From: an uncultured Prevotellaceae bacterium
GTDB lineage: Bacteria; Bacteroidota; Bacteroidia; Bacteroidales; Bacteroidaceae
NCBI GenBank assembly: GCA_902771785.1
Contig: CACXYH010000004.1
Coordinates: 5,849 to 69,848 of the forward strand
DNA length: 64,000 nt
Direction of reading: 5' to 3'
In this document: piece by piece, positions 24,974-33,974 of the stretch
How the letters are laid out: each line of letters begins with the position of its first letter
How positions within the stretch are numbered: position 1 is the first letter of the stretch
The notes under the pieces: model-generated
Seen by the model: only the letters and a program-made list of their open reading frames with translations
Database searches by the model: none
What the model was told of the DNA's origin: nothing
Program-made: the position numbers and the translations under genes

Positions 24974-25614
24974 TAACAGTAAAGAAGTTTGTATGCAACC
25001 CGCTGCAGGAAAACACCTACGTGGTGAGCGACGACAGCCGTGAGTGTGTCGTCATCGACTGCGGTGCTTTCTTCGACGACGAGCGGAAGGCCATTGTCAG
25101 CTACATCAACACGCAGCAGCTGAAGCCCGTACGCTTGCTCTGCACCCACGGCCACTTCGACCACATCTTCGGATGCGACACCATTTTCGATGCCTATGGC
25201 CTTCAGCCCGAGGTGCACAGTGACGACGCCTACCTGACCGACGACGTCAACGCACAGGTGAAACAGATGCTGGGCACCGACCTGCAGTTGCAGATGCCGG
25301 CCATAGGCCATTACCTGGCCGACGGCGAGGTCATCGCTTTCGGACACCACCAGCTAAAAGTACTTCACACGCCGGGCCACACACCGGGCGGCGTCGTCTT
25401 CTATTGCGAACAGGAACGGACGGCCTTCTCGGGCGACACCCTCTTCCGCATGAGTATCGGGCGCACCGACTTCGAGAAGGGAAGCTACGAGCAGATCATC
25501 GACAGCCTGCACAACGTGATAGCCAAGCTGCCCGCCGACACGACCGTCTACACGGGCCACGGACCGCTCACCGTGGTTGGCGAGGAAGTAGCAATGAGCC
25601 CTTATTTCAGGTAG
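24970..25614 (+). CDS. MBL-fold metallo-hydrolase (glyoxalase II-like)
   Basis: ORF trimmed to MITVKKFVCNPLQENTYVV, with an ATGA overlap on the rsmG stop. Motifs THGHFDH, HTPGHTPG and GDTLF. Confidence 0.85.
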   Translation: MITVKKFVCNPLQENTYVVSDDSRECVVIDCGAFFDDERKAIVSYINTQQLKPVRLLCTHGHFDHIFGCDTIFDAYGLQPEVHSDDAYLTDDVNAQVKQMLGTDLQLQMPAIGHYLADGEVIAFGHHQLKVLHTPGHTPGGVVFYCEQERTAFSGDTLFRMSIGRTDFEKGSYEQIIDSLHNVIAKLPADTTVYTGHGPLTVVGEEVAMSPYFR

Positions 25615-25662
25615 TTATATATTTTTAAGCCTAAAAGATTTGGATAATTCAAATATTCTTTG

Positions 25663-25670
25663 TATCTTTG
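25663..25670 (+). promoter_or_regulatory. -7 promoter element (TATCTTTG)
   Basis: Lies 29 nt upstream of the ATG at 25699. Confidence 0.45.
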
Positions 25671-25698
25671 ACGATGCAAACTTTAACACATTAATGAT

Positions 25699-25968
25699 AT
25701 GGCAAACAAAAGGACATTAAAACGTTGCATCAACCTTGTATGCGAAGAATTGTTTACCGACTGTATCGCAGCATCGCTTTATGGAGCACAGGCATCGAAG
25801 AACGATGCCGACGCACTGCTCTACACGATTGTCAAGACACAGCGCAACTACATCAGCCGGGTTTCGCATGTAGAGCCTGGCATGAGCGCCAAGGCGTATT
25901 TCAGAGACCTGCGCGACAAGTTCACGGCCGAAGCAGCAGACATTGCCGACCATATTTGTAGTTTATAA
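25699..25968 (+). CDS. Small hypothetical protein (89 aa)
   Basis: ORF with its own -7 element and no overlapping better ORF. No family recognised. Confidence 0.55.
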   Translation: MANKRTLKRCINLVCEELFTDCIAASLYGAQASKNDADALLYTIVKTQRNYISRVSHVEPGMSAKAYFRDLRDKFTAEAADIADHICSL

Positions 25969-25988
25969 CTTTCACTGAGGACTAAGAT

Positions 25989-26543
25989 ATGTGGAGCAAA
26001 TTCTGTAGATGGCTTTTGTACAAACAGATGGGATGGACTGCCGAAGTGACGGAGGCCCATCCCGCTAAGTATATAATATGTCTGGCACCACACACCAGCA
26101 ACTGGGATTTCGTCATAGGCCACCTCTACAACGGGGCTGAAGGCCTGGCATCGAACTTCCTGATGAAGAAGGAATGGTTCTTCTGGCCACTGGGCCCCAT
26201 CTTCAGAAAGATGGGCGGCATACCCGTGTACCGGCAGAAGCACACCAGCATGACCGACACGATGGCCGAGAGCGCACGCAAGGCCCAGACCTTCCACCTC
26301 TGCATCACCCCCGAAGGCACCCGCTCAAGGGTGGAAGAATGGAAGAAAGGATTCTACTTCATTGCCCTGAAGGCCAACATGCCCATCCTTCTCTATGGAA
26401 TAGACTACGAGAAACGCCACATCCAGTGCACGAAGACACTCATACCTTCGGGCGACGTAGAGAAAGACATGCGCGAGATAAAACTCTATTTCAAGGACTT
26501 CAAGGGAAAGAAGCCCGAAAACTTTACGATTGGCGATATATGA
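25989..26543 (+). CDS. PlsC-like lysophospholipid/1-acylglycerol-3-phosphate acyltransferase
   Basis: 184 aa with the HX4D motif APHTSNWDF and the downstream ITPEGTRS block typical of LPLAT acyltransferases. Confidence 0.75.
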   Translation: MWSKFCRWLLYKQMGWTAEVTEAHPAKYIICLAPHTSNWDFVIGHLYNGAEGLASNFLMKKEWFFWPLGPIFRKMGGIPVYRQKHTSMTDTMAESARKAQTFHLCITPEGTRSRVEEWKKGFYFIALKANMPILLYGIDYEKRHIQCTKTLIPSGDVEKDMREIKLYFKDFKGKKPENFTIGDI

Positions 26544-29095
26544 TGAAATGGTTAGCCGGATGGCTGCTGTGCTGCGCCTCAGCACTCAGTGCACAGACCA
26601 CATGGAACGGCATTGACTATAAAGGAGAACCATGGGTTCGCAACGACTCCCGACCCTATGTCCCGACGCGCGGATTGGAAGGACGCCACCTGTCGCTATG
26701 GGCTTCACACGGTCGCTACTACGACCTGGTCGAGGCCAAGTGGCGCTGGCAGCGCCCTTCGCTCTACTGCACCACCGAAGATTTATTTACGCAAACCATC
26801 GTAGTCCCCTTCCTGATACCGATGCTCGAGAACGCCGGCGCCGTGGTCTTCACGCCACGAGAGCGTGACTGGCAGCGCCACGAGGTCATCGTAGACAACG
26901 ACCAGATAGGCTCGCTCGTCAACTATCGCGAACATTCTTATCATGCGTCGTGGGAAGACGCTCCGCTGAAAGGATTTGCATTTCACAGCGGTGCCTACCA
27001 CGACAATGAGAACCCCTTTGAGGCTGGTACGGCCCGCATGGCAGAGACAACCAAGAACAAGTCAAAGACAAGCCTCATTTCCTATCAGCCACAGCTGCCC
27101 GAGGACGGGCGCTATGCCGTCTACGTGAGCTATCAGACCCTGCCCGAAAGCATCGACGACGCCCACTACACGGTGTGGCACAAAGGACAAAAGACCGAGT
27201 TTTCGGTCAACCAGCAGATGGGAGGCTCCACATGGGTTTACCTCGGAACCTTCGACTTCGACGCCGGATGCAACGAATACAACCGTGTCGTGCTGACAAA
27301 CCAAAGCCGACAGAAAGGTGTAGTCACGGCCGATGCCGTACGCTTCGGAGGCGGAATGGGTAATATTGAGCGAGGAGGCACCGTCAGCGGACTGCCCCGC
27401 TGCCTGGAGGGAGCACGCTACTATGGCCAGTGGGCCGGAATGCCCTATCGGGTCTACAGCTCGAAGAACGGCCAACACGACTACAACGACGACATCAACG
27501 TGCGCTCGCTGATGACCAACGAGCTGTGCGGTGGTTCGCCCTTCGCCCCCGACTCAACGGGAAGGAACGTCCCCATCGAACTATCGCTGGCCGTACATAG
27601 CGATGCGGGTTACAACACAAACGGTGAAGGCGTCTATGGCACATTATCTATATGCACCACCCAGTATGGCGACTCACTATTGGCTGCCGGCCTTTCGCGT
27701 GAAATGTCGAAGGAGCTGGCCTCCAGCCTGCTCACCAACGTGACCGCCGACTTGGCCGACATCTGCGGAACCTGGACCGCACGCGACCTTTACGATCGCA
27801 ACTATTCAGAGACACGCCTCCCGCTGGTGCCTTCGGCAATACTCGAGGTAATGTCGCACGAGAACTTCGGCGACATGCGCTACGGACAAGACCCCAACGT
27901 AAGGTTCACGCTGGCCCGGAGCATCTACAAGACGATACTAAAGTTTATCACCGACAAGCACGACGAGGATTATGCCGTCACCCCCCTGACGCCCAGCCAC
28001 TTCAATATCGCTTTCGACGGAAAGGACGGGGACGTGCAGCTCTCGTGGCTGCCGGTAGACGACCCGAAAGAGCCAACGGCTGCGGCGACAGGCTACATAC
28101 TCTACACTGCCAAGGGCGAAGGCGGATTTGACAACGGTACTTATCTGCACTCCAATCACTACAGCATGAAGCTGGAGCCTCATACCGTCTACCACTTCCG
28201 CGTCGTAGCTACGAACAAAGGCGGACAGAGCTTCCCCACTCAAGTGCTGTCTGCATGCTATAACCCCGAGGCCACGAAGACCATCATGATTGTCGACGGT
28301 TTCCACCGGGTGTCGTCACCTGCCATCTGTGGCGTCGGCTTCGACATGGACGAAGACCCGGGCGTCAGCTATGGCCGCACAGCCGGCTGGTTAGGCCGAC
28401 AGCTTGTGTTCGATACGAGCCGCATCGGCATCATCGACTCTACGGGGCTGGGATTCTCTGACGGCAACCTGGAGGGACAGTTCGTGGCAGGAAACGACTT
28501 CAACTATGTGAAGACCCATGCCGACGCCATCAGCAAGAGCGGCAATTACAATATCGTCAGCTGTTCGAGCGAGGCGCTCGATGCTTCGCAGCACTACGAC
28601 CTCATTGACCTGGCCTTGGGACTGGAGCGCAACGACGGACATAGCGTGGTGGCCTACAAGTCGTTTACACCCCATCTGCAACAGCAACTGCAGCTACACA
28701 CACTGCAAGGTGGCGCGCTAATGGTCAGCGGAGCCTACATCGGCTCCGACATGACGACGGAAGACGAACAGCAGTTCCTGGCCAACACGCTGAAGTGCCA
28801 ACTGACTGGCACCAACAGCGAGCCTGCCGACCAACTGATCGGCATGGGAACGCAGTTCTCTTTCTACAGACAACTGAACGAAAGCCACTATGCAGCCACA
28901 AAGACCGACGTGCTCATGCCTACGGGCGACGCCTTTTGCGCCATGACCTACCAGAACGGCACGAGCGCCGGCGTAGCCTATAATGGGAATGACTACAAGG
29001 CGATGACGCTGGCCGTTCCTTTCGAATGCATCGGCCACCAACAGCAACGCATCAGCATGATGAATGCTATCATCAAGTTTCTACTCAAACAATAA
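26540..29095 (+). CDS. Large secreted protein with amidase_3-like core, inserted beta-sandwich (golvesin-C-like, ADAVRFGG) and Fn3-like domain; function unknown
   Basis: ORF 26174..29095 trimmed to MMKWLAGWLLCCASALSAQ (signal peptide; ATGA overlap with the acyltransferase stop). Motifs LWASHGRYY, LSLAVHSDAG and EVMSHENFGD resemble split MurNAc-LAA/zinc-amidase blocks. Confidence 0.6.
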   Translation: MMKWLAGWLLCCASALSAQTTWNGIDYKGEPWVRNDSRPYVPTRGLEGRHLSLWASHGRYYDLVEAKWRWQRPSLYCTTEDLFTQTIVVPFLIPMLENAGAVVFTPRERDWQRHEVIVDNDQIGSLVNYREHSYHASWEDAPLKGFAFHSGAYHDNENPFEAGTARMAETTKNKSKTSLISYQPQLPEDGRYAVYVSYQTLPESIDDAHYTVWHKGQKTEFSVNQQMGGSTWVYLGTFDFDAGCNEYNRVVLTNQSRQKGVVTADAVRFGGGMGNIERGGTVSGLPRCLEGARYYGQWAGMPYRVYSSKNGQHDYNDDINVRSLMTNELCGGSPFAPDSTGRNVPIELSLAVHSDAGYNTNGEGVYGTLSICTTQYGDSLLAAGLSREMSKELASSLLTNVTADLADICGTWTARDLYDRNYSETRLPLVPSAILEVMSHENFGDMRYGQDPNVRFTLARSIYKTILKFITDKHDEDYAVTPLTPSHFNIAFDGKDGDVQLSWLPVDDPKEPTAAATGYILYTAKGEGGFDNGTYLHSNHYSMKLEPHTVYHFRVVATNKGGQSFPTQVLSACYNPEATKTIMIVDGFHRVSSPAICGVGFDMDEDPGVSYGRTAGWLGRQLVFDTSRIGIIDSTGLGFSDGNLEGQFVAGNDFNYVKTHADAISKSGNYNIVSCSSEALDASQHYDLIDLALGLERNDGHSVVAYKSFTPHLQQQLQLHTLQGGALMVSGAYIGSDMTTEDEQQFLANTLKCQLTGTNSEPADQLIGMGTQFSFYRQLNESHYAATKTDVLMPTGDAFCAMTYQNGTSAGVAYNGNDYKAMTLAVPFECIGHQQQRISMMNAIIKFLLKQ

Positions 29096-29111
29096 CCTAT
29101 AAAGAATAATC

Positions 29112-29444
29112 ATGCAAAGAATCCAATCGAACCCTTCCGGAACCCGTAGCATAGAGATTAGCGACGAGCACCTTCAGACCATCAAACATTATCAGCTGTT
29201 CCGCGGACTGATAGACTCCAACGGATACGTTGACGAAGCCGTACTCGACAAGCTGAAGCTGAACATACGGTCGATGCTTGAGTCGGAAGCCGGCAAAGAC
29301 AAGCAGCTGCTCGACCTCTGCCTGGACGTGATTTACCATCCTAACATGAAGGCTTACGGCCTGCAGCAGTTGGTGCTCCTCTACATCAACTGGGAGAGAA
29401 GCAGCAATGCCGTCGAGACTGCCGAAGACGACCAGACGTTCTAA
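29112..29444 (+). CDS. Hypothetical protein (110 aa)
   Basis: ORF in operon-like spacing, 16 nt after the previous stop. No family recognised. Confidence 0.5.
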   Translation: MQRIQSNPSGTRSIEISDEHLQTIKHYQLFRGLIDSNGYVDEAVLDKLKLNIRSMLESEAGKDKQLLDLCLDVIYHPNMKAYGLQQLVLLYINWERSSNAVETAEDDQTF

Positions 29445-29473
29445 ACCTAAACGGGAACCATCGGGACCGCATT

Positions 29474-31423
29474 ATGGAATATAAGCTCACTGACTTCCTG
29501 CCAACAACAAAGAAAGAAGTAGAACTACGGGGATGGGACAGCTTAGACATCATCCTGTTCTCGGGCGACGCCTACGTAGACCATCCGTCGTTTGGAGCCG
29601 CCGTCATCGGCCGAACTCTTGAGGCGGCTGGCTATCGGGTGGCCATCGTACCGCAGCCAGACTGGCACGGCGACTACCGCGACTTCAAGAAGTTGGGACG
29701 CCCTCGGCTGTTCTTCGGAATAGCCCCCGGATGCATGGACTCCATGGTCAACAAGTATACGGCTGCCCGACGCCTGCGCTCGGAGGACGCCTACAGCCCT
29801 GACGGACGCCACGACATGCGGCCAGAGTATCCGACCATCGTCTACACCAAAATCCTGAAGCAACTGTTCCCCGACGTTCCCGTTGTGCTCGGAGGCATTG
29901 AAGCCTCACTCAGAAGGCTCACCCATTACGACTACTGGCAAGACCGGCTTCGCCCCTGCATACTCTGCGACAGCGGAGCCGACCTGATAACCTATGGCAT
30001 GGGCGAGAAGACCACACTGGAACTGGCGCAGAGAATCAGCGACGGCTACAGGATAAGCGACGTCAAGGACATACCGCAAACGGTCTACATAGCGAAGGAG
30101 AAGGACATTCCTGGCGGAATAACCGCCGACGACATTATGCTCCATTCGCATGAGGAGTGCTTACGCAACAAGCGTTCGCAAGCCGAGAACTTCCGCCACA
30201 TTGAGGAGCAATCGAACATGATGCACGCCCACCGGCTGCTACAGCAGGTAGGCAATGACATCGTCGTGGTCAATCCGCCCTATCCGCCTATGACGACCGA
30301 AGAGCTCGACGCCTCGTTTGACCTACCATACACCCGGCAGCCCCACCCCAAATACAAGGGCAAGCGTATCCCAGCCTTCGACATGATAAAGCACTCGGTG
30401 AATATCCACCGTGGCTGTTTCGGAGGCTGCGCCTTCTGCACGATATCGGCCCATCAAGGCAAGTTTATTGCCTGCCGCTCAAAGGAGAGCATACTAAAAG
30501 AGGTGAAACAGGTCATCGCCATGCCTGACTTCAAAGGCTATCTGAGCGACCTTGGCGGTCCGTCGGCCAACATGTACGGCATGCACGGACGCAACCTGAA
30601 CGCCTGCGAAAAATGCAAGCGCCCCAGTTGCATCCATCCGCAGATATGCCCGAACCTGAACACCAGCCATCAGAAGCTGCTCGACATCTATCATGCCGTC
30701 GATGCGCTGCCGGGCATCAAGAAAAGCTTCATAGGAAGCGGAGTGCGCTATGACCTCTTATTATATAGAGGAAAAGACGAAGAAGCCAACCGATCTGCAG
30801 AGCAATATACCGAGGAACTAATCTGCCGGCACGTCAGCGGGCGCTTGAAAGTGGCCCCTGAACATACCAGCGACCGCGTGCTGATGCTCATGAGAAAGCC
30901 ATCGTTCAGGCAATTTGGCGAGTTCAAGCGCATCTTCGACCGCATCAACCGCGAACAAGGGCTAAGGCAACAAATCATCCCATACTTTATTTCTTCGCAT
31001 CCCGGATGCCACGAAGAAGACATGGCCGAACTGGCTGTGCTCACCAAGAAGCTGGATTTCCAGCTGGAACAGGTTCAGGATTTCACCCCCACGCCCATGA
31101 CTGTTGCCACGGAAATGTGGTACACCGGCTACGACCCCTACACGCTGGAGCCGGTTTTCTCGGCCAAGACGCCCCGCGAGAAGCAGGCACAAAGGCAATA
31201 CTTCTTCTGGTATAAGCCCGAAGAACGCAAGAACATTGAGCAGAGCCTGCGCCGCATAGGCCGTCCTGACCTTATCTCACGTCTTTATTCCACCTATCCC
31301 GGAACACCGTCTCCCGTTCCGCAACATCCCAGCAAGTCACAACGAAATGAAAGTCATAGAGCAAACAATCGTAGCGAAAAACCCCGCAAAGAAAAGCGAG
31401 GACGGCATCGTAGTGACCAATGA
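29474..31423 (+). CDS. ygiQ: YgiQ-family (UPF0313) radical SAM protein
   Basis: 649 aa. N-terminal LPTTKKEVELRGWDSLDIILFSGDAYVDHPSFG, radical-SAM cluster HRGCFGGCAFC and a basic C-terminal tail. Confidence 0.85.
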   Translation: MEYKLTDFLPTTKKEVELRGWDSLDIILFSGDAYVDHPSFGAAVIGRTLEAAGYRVAIVPQPDWHGDYRDFKKLGRPRLFFGIAPGCMDSMVNKYTAARRLRSEDAYSPDGRHDMRPEYPTIVYTKILKQLFPDVPVVLGGIEASLRRLTHYDYWQDRLRPCILCDSGADLITYGMGEKTTLELAQRISDGYRISDVKDIPQTVYIAKEKDIPGGITADDIMLHSHEECLRNKRSQAENFRHIEEQSNMMHAHRLLQQVGNDIVVVNPPYPPMTTEELDASFDLPYTRQPHPKYKGKRIPAFDMIKHSVNIHRGCFGGCAFCTISAHQGKFIACRSKESILKEVKQVIAMPDFKGYLSDLGGPSANMYGMHGRNLNACEKCKRPSCIHPQICPNLNTSHQKLLDIYHAVDALPGIKKSFIGSGVRYDLLLYRGKDEEANRSAEQYTEELICRHVSGRLKVAPEHTSDRVLMLMRKPSFRQFGEFKRIFDRINREQGLRQQIIPYFISSHPGCHEEDMAELAVLTKKLDFQLEQVQDFTPTPMTVATEMWYTGYDPYTLEPVFSAKTPREKQAQRQYFFWYKPEERKNIEQSLRRIGRPDLISRLYSTYPGTPSPVPQHPSKSQRNESHRANNRSEKPRKEKRGRHRSDQ

Positions 31424-32144
31424 CTACATTGCCGTCATCGACGGAAGCACCTCGAAGACCGACCGCCGCTATAGTATATTCAAGAGCAACGGCCGCTATT
31501 GCATGCATATCATCAGCCACTACATCAAGCACGCCAAAGGCAACTTGACATGTCAGCAGTTCTGCAGTGTTGTAACCCGTGCCGTTGCCAAGCACTACCG
31601 TAAACGCGACCTGCCCCGATTAGCCGAGCATCCCGAGGAAAGGCTGACGGCATCGGCTGTGGTCTACAGCCGCTTGAACCGCGAGATATGGATGATAGGC
31701 GACTGCCAATGCCTCGTGGGCGATACCTTCTACGATAATCCCAAGCCCTACGAACAGGAGCTGGCCGAGCAACGCGCTGCCATCATTGAACAGAGCAATG
31801 GCGACAAGCTGCAGTTCCTGCAGCACGACACGGCACGGGAAGCAATTATTCCGCACATGCTCGAGACCATGAAGCAGCAGAACAAGACCTATGCGGTGAT
31901 TGACGGATTCCCCATTCCCCAACGATACGTACGCGTCATTACCCTCGACTTCCAGCCTTGGGAGATTGTTCTGGCCAGCGACGGCTACCCTTTCTTGGAG
32001 CCAACCCTGCAGAAGTCGGAAGAAAAACTGGCCCTCCAGAAAGCGACCGACCCGCTGAACATCGGTGTTTTTAAGGCTACGAAAGCCTTCTCTGAGGGAA
32101 ATAATTCGTTTGATGACCGCGCATACATAAGATTTAGCGTCTGA
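31347..32144 (+). CDS. PP2C-fold-like protein (distant; function unknown)
   Basis: 265 aa. KKSEDGIVV..YIAVIDGSTS, LASDGY and FDDRAYIRF follow the order of PPM motifs. The first 77 nt overlap the ygiQ 3' end in another frame. Confidence 0.55.
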   Translation: MKVIEQTIVAKNPAKKSEDGIVVTNDYIAVIDGSTSKTDRRYSIFKSNGRYCMHIISHYIKHAKGNLTCQQFCSVVTRAVAKHYRKRDLPRLAEHPEERLTASAVVYSRLNREIWMIGDCQCLVGDTFYDNPKPYEQELAEQRAAIIEQSNGDKLQFLQHDTAREAIIPHMLETMKQQNKTYAVIDGFPIPQRYVRVITLDFQPWEIVLASDGYPFLEPTLQKSEEKLALQKATDPLNIGVFKATKAFSEGNNSFDDRAYIRFSV

Positions 32145-32170
32145 AATTTGGTGCTTCGCAAAAAAATGAC

Positions 32171-32178
32171 TACCTTTG
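32171..32178 (+). promoter_or_regulatory. -7 promoter element (TACCTTTG) upstream of tRNA-Arg
   Basis: TACCTTTG lies 62 nt upstream of the tRNA 5' end. Confidence 0.45.
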
Positions 32179-32239
32179 CACACGGTTTTTAGGAGAGACG
32201 ACCGCAGCAACAGGTTTGTTTACATAAAACAGGAAAACC

Positions 32240-32313
32240 GGTTCCGTAGCTCAGCTGGATAGAGCAACTGCCTTCTAAGCAGTAGGCCTTGGGTTCGAGT
32301 CCCAACGGAATCA
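32240..32313 (+). tRNA. tRNA-Arg (TCT)
   Basis: GGTTCCGTAGCTCAGCTGGATAGAGCAACTGCCTTCTAAGCAGTAGGCCTTGGGTTCGAGTCCCAACGGAATCA. Anticodon stem ACTGC/GCAGT, loop CTTCTAA. Confidence 0.9.
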
Positions 32314-32374
32314 CGAAGAGATGAAAGCCTTGTTCCATGCGGATAGGGCTTTTTACTTAAACAAAGAAAAGCAG

Positions 32375-32983
32375 ATGAAGCTCATCATCATGACAAAGGC
32401 CACGTTTTTCGTGGAGGAAGATAAAATCCTCACTACCCTCTTCGACGAGGGGCTGGAGGATTTGCACCTTTACAAGCCAGGCTCGGAGCCCATCTATTCC
32501 GAACGGCTGCTTACCCTGCTCTCAGAAGACTATCATAGAAAAATCACCGTTCACGACCACTTCTACCTGAAAGAAGAATATGGTCTGAAGGGAATACACC
32601 TGAACAATGCCACCGACGAGCCCCCCATAGGCTATCGCGGCAATATGACCCGAACATGCCACGCTATCGACGAACTGAAGGAAGCCAAGCGGAAAAGCAG
32701 CTACGTGTTTCTGAAATCGCTCTTCGACAGCCAGACGAATCCGGCCGACAAACAGTCGTTCAGCATTGAGACCCTGCAAGAGGCAGCCCGTAGAGGACTT
32801 ATCGACAAGAAAGTCTACGCGATGGGCGGCATGAACCTCGACAACATTCAGATTGCCAAGGACCTGGGGTTTGGCGGCGTAGTCATCTGCGGCGACCTGT
32901 GGAACCGCTTCAATATTCACAACGAGCTCGACTACAAAGAGCTTATTGCCCACTTTAGGAAACTGCGCAAAGCAATTGGTTAG
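32375..32983 (+). CDS. Thiamine-phosphate synthase-like (ThiE/TenI fold) protein
   Basis: ORF trimmed to MKLIIMTKATFFVEEDKILTTLFDEGLEDLHLYKP; the longer start abuts the tRNA. C-terminal VYAMGGMNLDNI and GFGGVVICG resemble ThiE phosphate-binding loops. Confidence 0.6.
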   Translation: MKLIIMTKATFFVEEDKILTTLFDEGLEDLHLYKPGSEPIYSERLLTLLSEDYHRKITVHDHFYLKEEYGLKGIHLNNATDEPPIGYRGNMTRTCHAIDELKEAKRKSSYVFLKSLFDSQTNPADKQSFSIETLQEAARRGLIDKKVYAMGGMNLDNIQIAKDLGFGGVVICGDLWNRFNIHNELDYKELIAHFRKLRKAIG

Positions 32984-33017
32984 AATGTACACACTACTAC
33001 AATAATCAATAATAAAC

Positions 33018-33956
33018 ATGAGCTTACAAAACTCTTACATGGTATTTTCCGGCACTGCGACCAGGTATCTCGCAGAGAAAATATGCCAAAGTCTGGGTTG
33101 CCCTTTAGGACAATTGCAAATCACAAAGTTCTCAGATGGAGAATTTGCCGTGTCGTATGAGGAGTCTATTCGCGGTCGCGACATCTTCCTTGTACAGAGC
33201 ACATTCCCCAACAGCGACAATCTGATGGAGTTGCTCCTGATGATTGACGCTGCCAAACGTGCCTCGGCTCGTACGATCAATGCCGTGATTCCCTACTTCG
33301 GATGGGCACGACAGGACCGCAAGGACAAGCCCCGCGTCAGCATTGGAGCCAAGCTCGTGGCCGACTTGCTGAGCGTTGCCGGAGTCAATCGCCTGATTAC
33401 GATGGACCTGCATGCCGACCAGATTCAGGGATTCTTCGATGTTCCCGTCGACCACCTCTATGCTTCAGGAGTGCTGCTGCCCTACCTGCAGAGTCTGAAG
33501 CTCGACGATCTGGTGATTGCATCGCCCGACGTAGGTGGCTCTAAGCGTGCCAACACCTATGCAAAATACCTGGGATGCCCATTAGTTCTGTGCAACAAGA
33601 CCAGAGCTCGCGCCAATGTCGTTGCCACCATGCAGATTATTGGCGACGTAGAAGGCAAGAATGTGGTGATAATCGACGACATGGTCGATACGGCAGGTAC
33701 CATTACCAAGGCTGCCGACTTGATGAAAGAAGCCGGTGCCAAGACCGTGAGGGCCTGTGCCTCCCACTGCGTCATGAGCGGTCCGGCCAGCGAGCGCGTA
33801 CAGGAGTCGGCCCTGGAGGAGATTGTGTTCACCGACTCTATCCCCTACACGCAGCGTTGCGCCAAGGTGAAGCAAATCTCGGTAGCCGAAATGTTTGCTG
33901 AGACCATACGCCGCGTCATCAACAATGAGAGCATCAGCGACCAATATATAGTATAA
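33018..33956 (+). CDS. prs: Ribose-phosphate pyrophosphokinase
   Basis: 312 aa with DLHADQIQGFFDVPVDHL and the PRPP loop VVIIDDMVDTAGT. Confidence 0.95.
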   Translation: MSLQNSYMVFSGTATRYLAEKICQSLGCPLGQLQITKFSDGEFAVSYEESIRGRDIFLVQSTFPNSDNLMELLLMIDAAKRASARTINAVIPYFGWARQDRKDKPRVSIGAKLVADLLSVAGVNRLITMDLHADQIQGFFDVPVDHLYASGVLLPYLQSLKLDDLVIASPDVGGSKRANTYAKYLGCPLVLCNKTRARANVVATMQIIGDVEGKNVVIIDDMVDTAGTITKAADLMKEAGAKTVRACASHCVMSGPASERVQESALEEIVFTDSIPYTQRCAKVKQISVAEMFAETIRRVINNESISDQYIV

Positions 33957-33974
33957 ATCAAGCACATTTTTAAT

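Noticed and set aside
32314-32374. TPP riboswitch upstream of the ThiE-like gene.
   Set aside because: Only 61 nt lie between the tRNA-Arg and the start codon. That is too short, and no CTGAGA/ACCTGA-type TPP box is seen.
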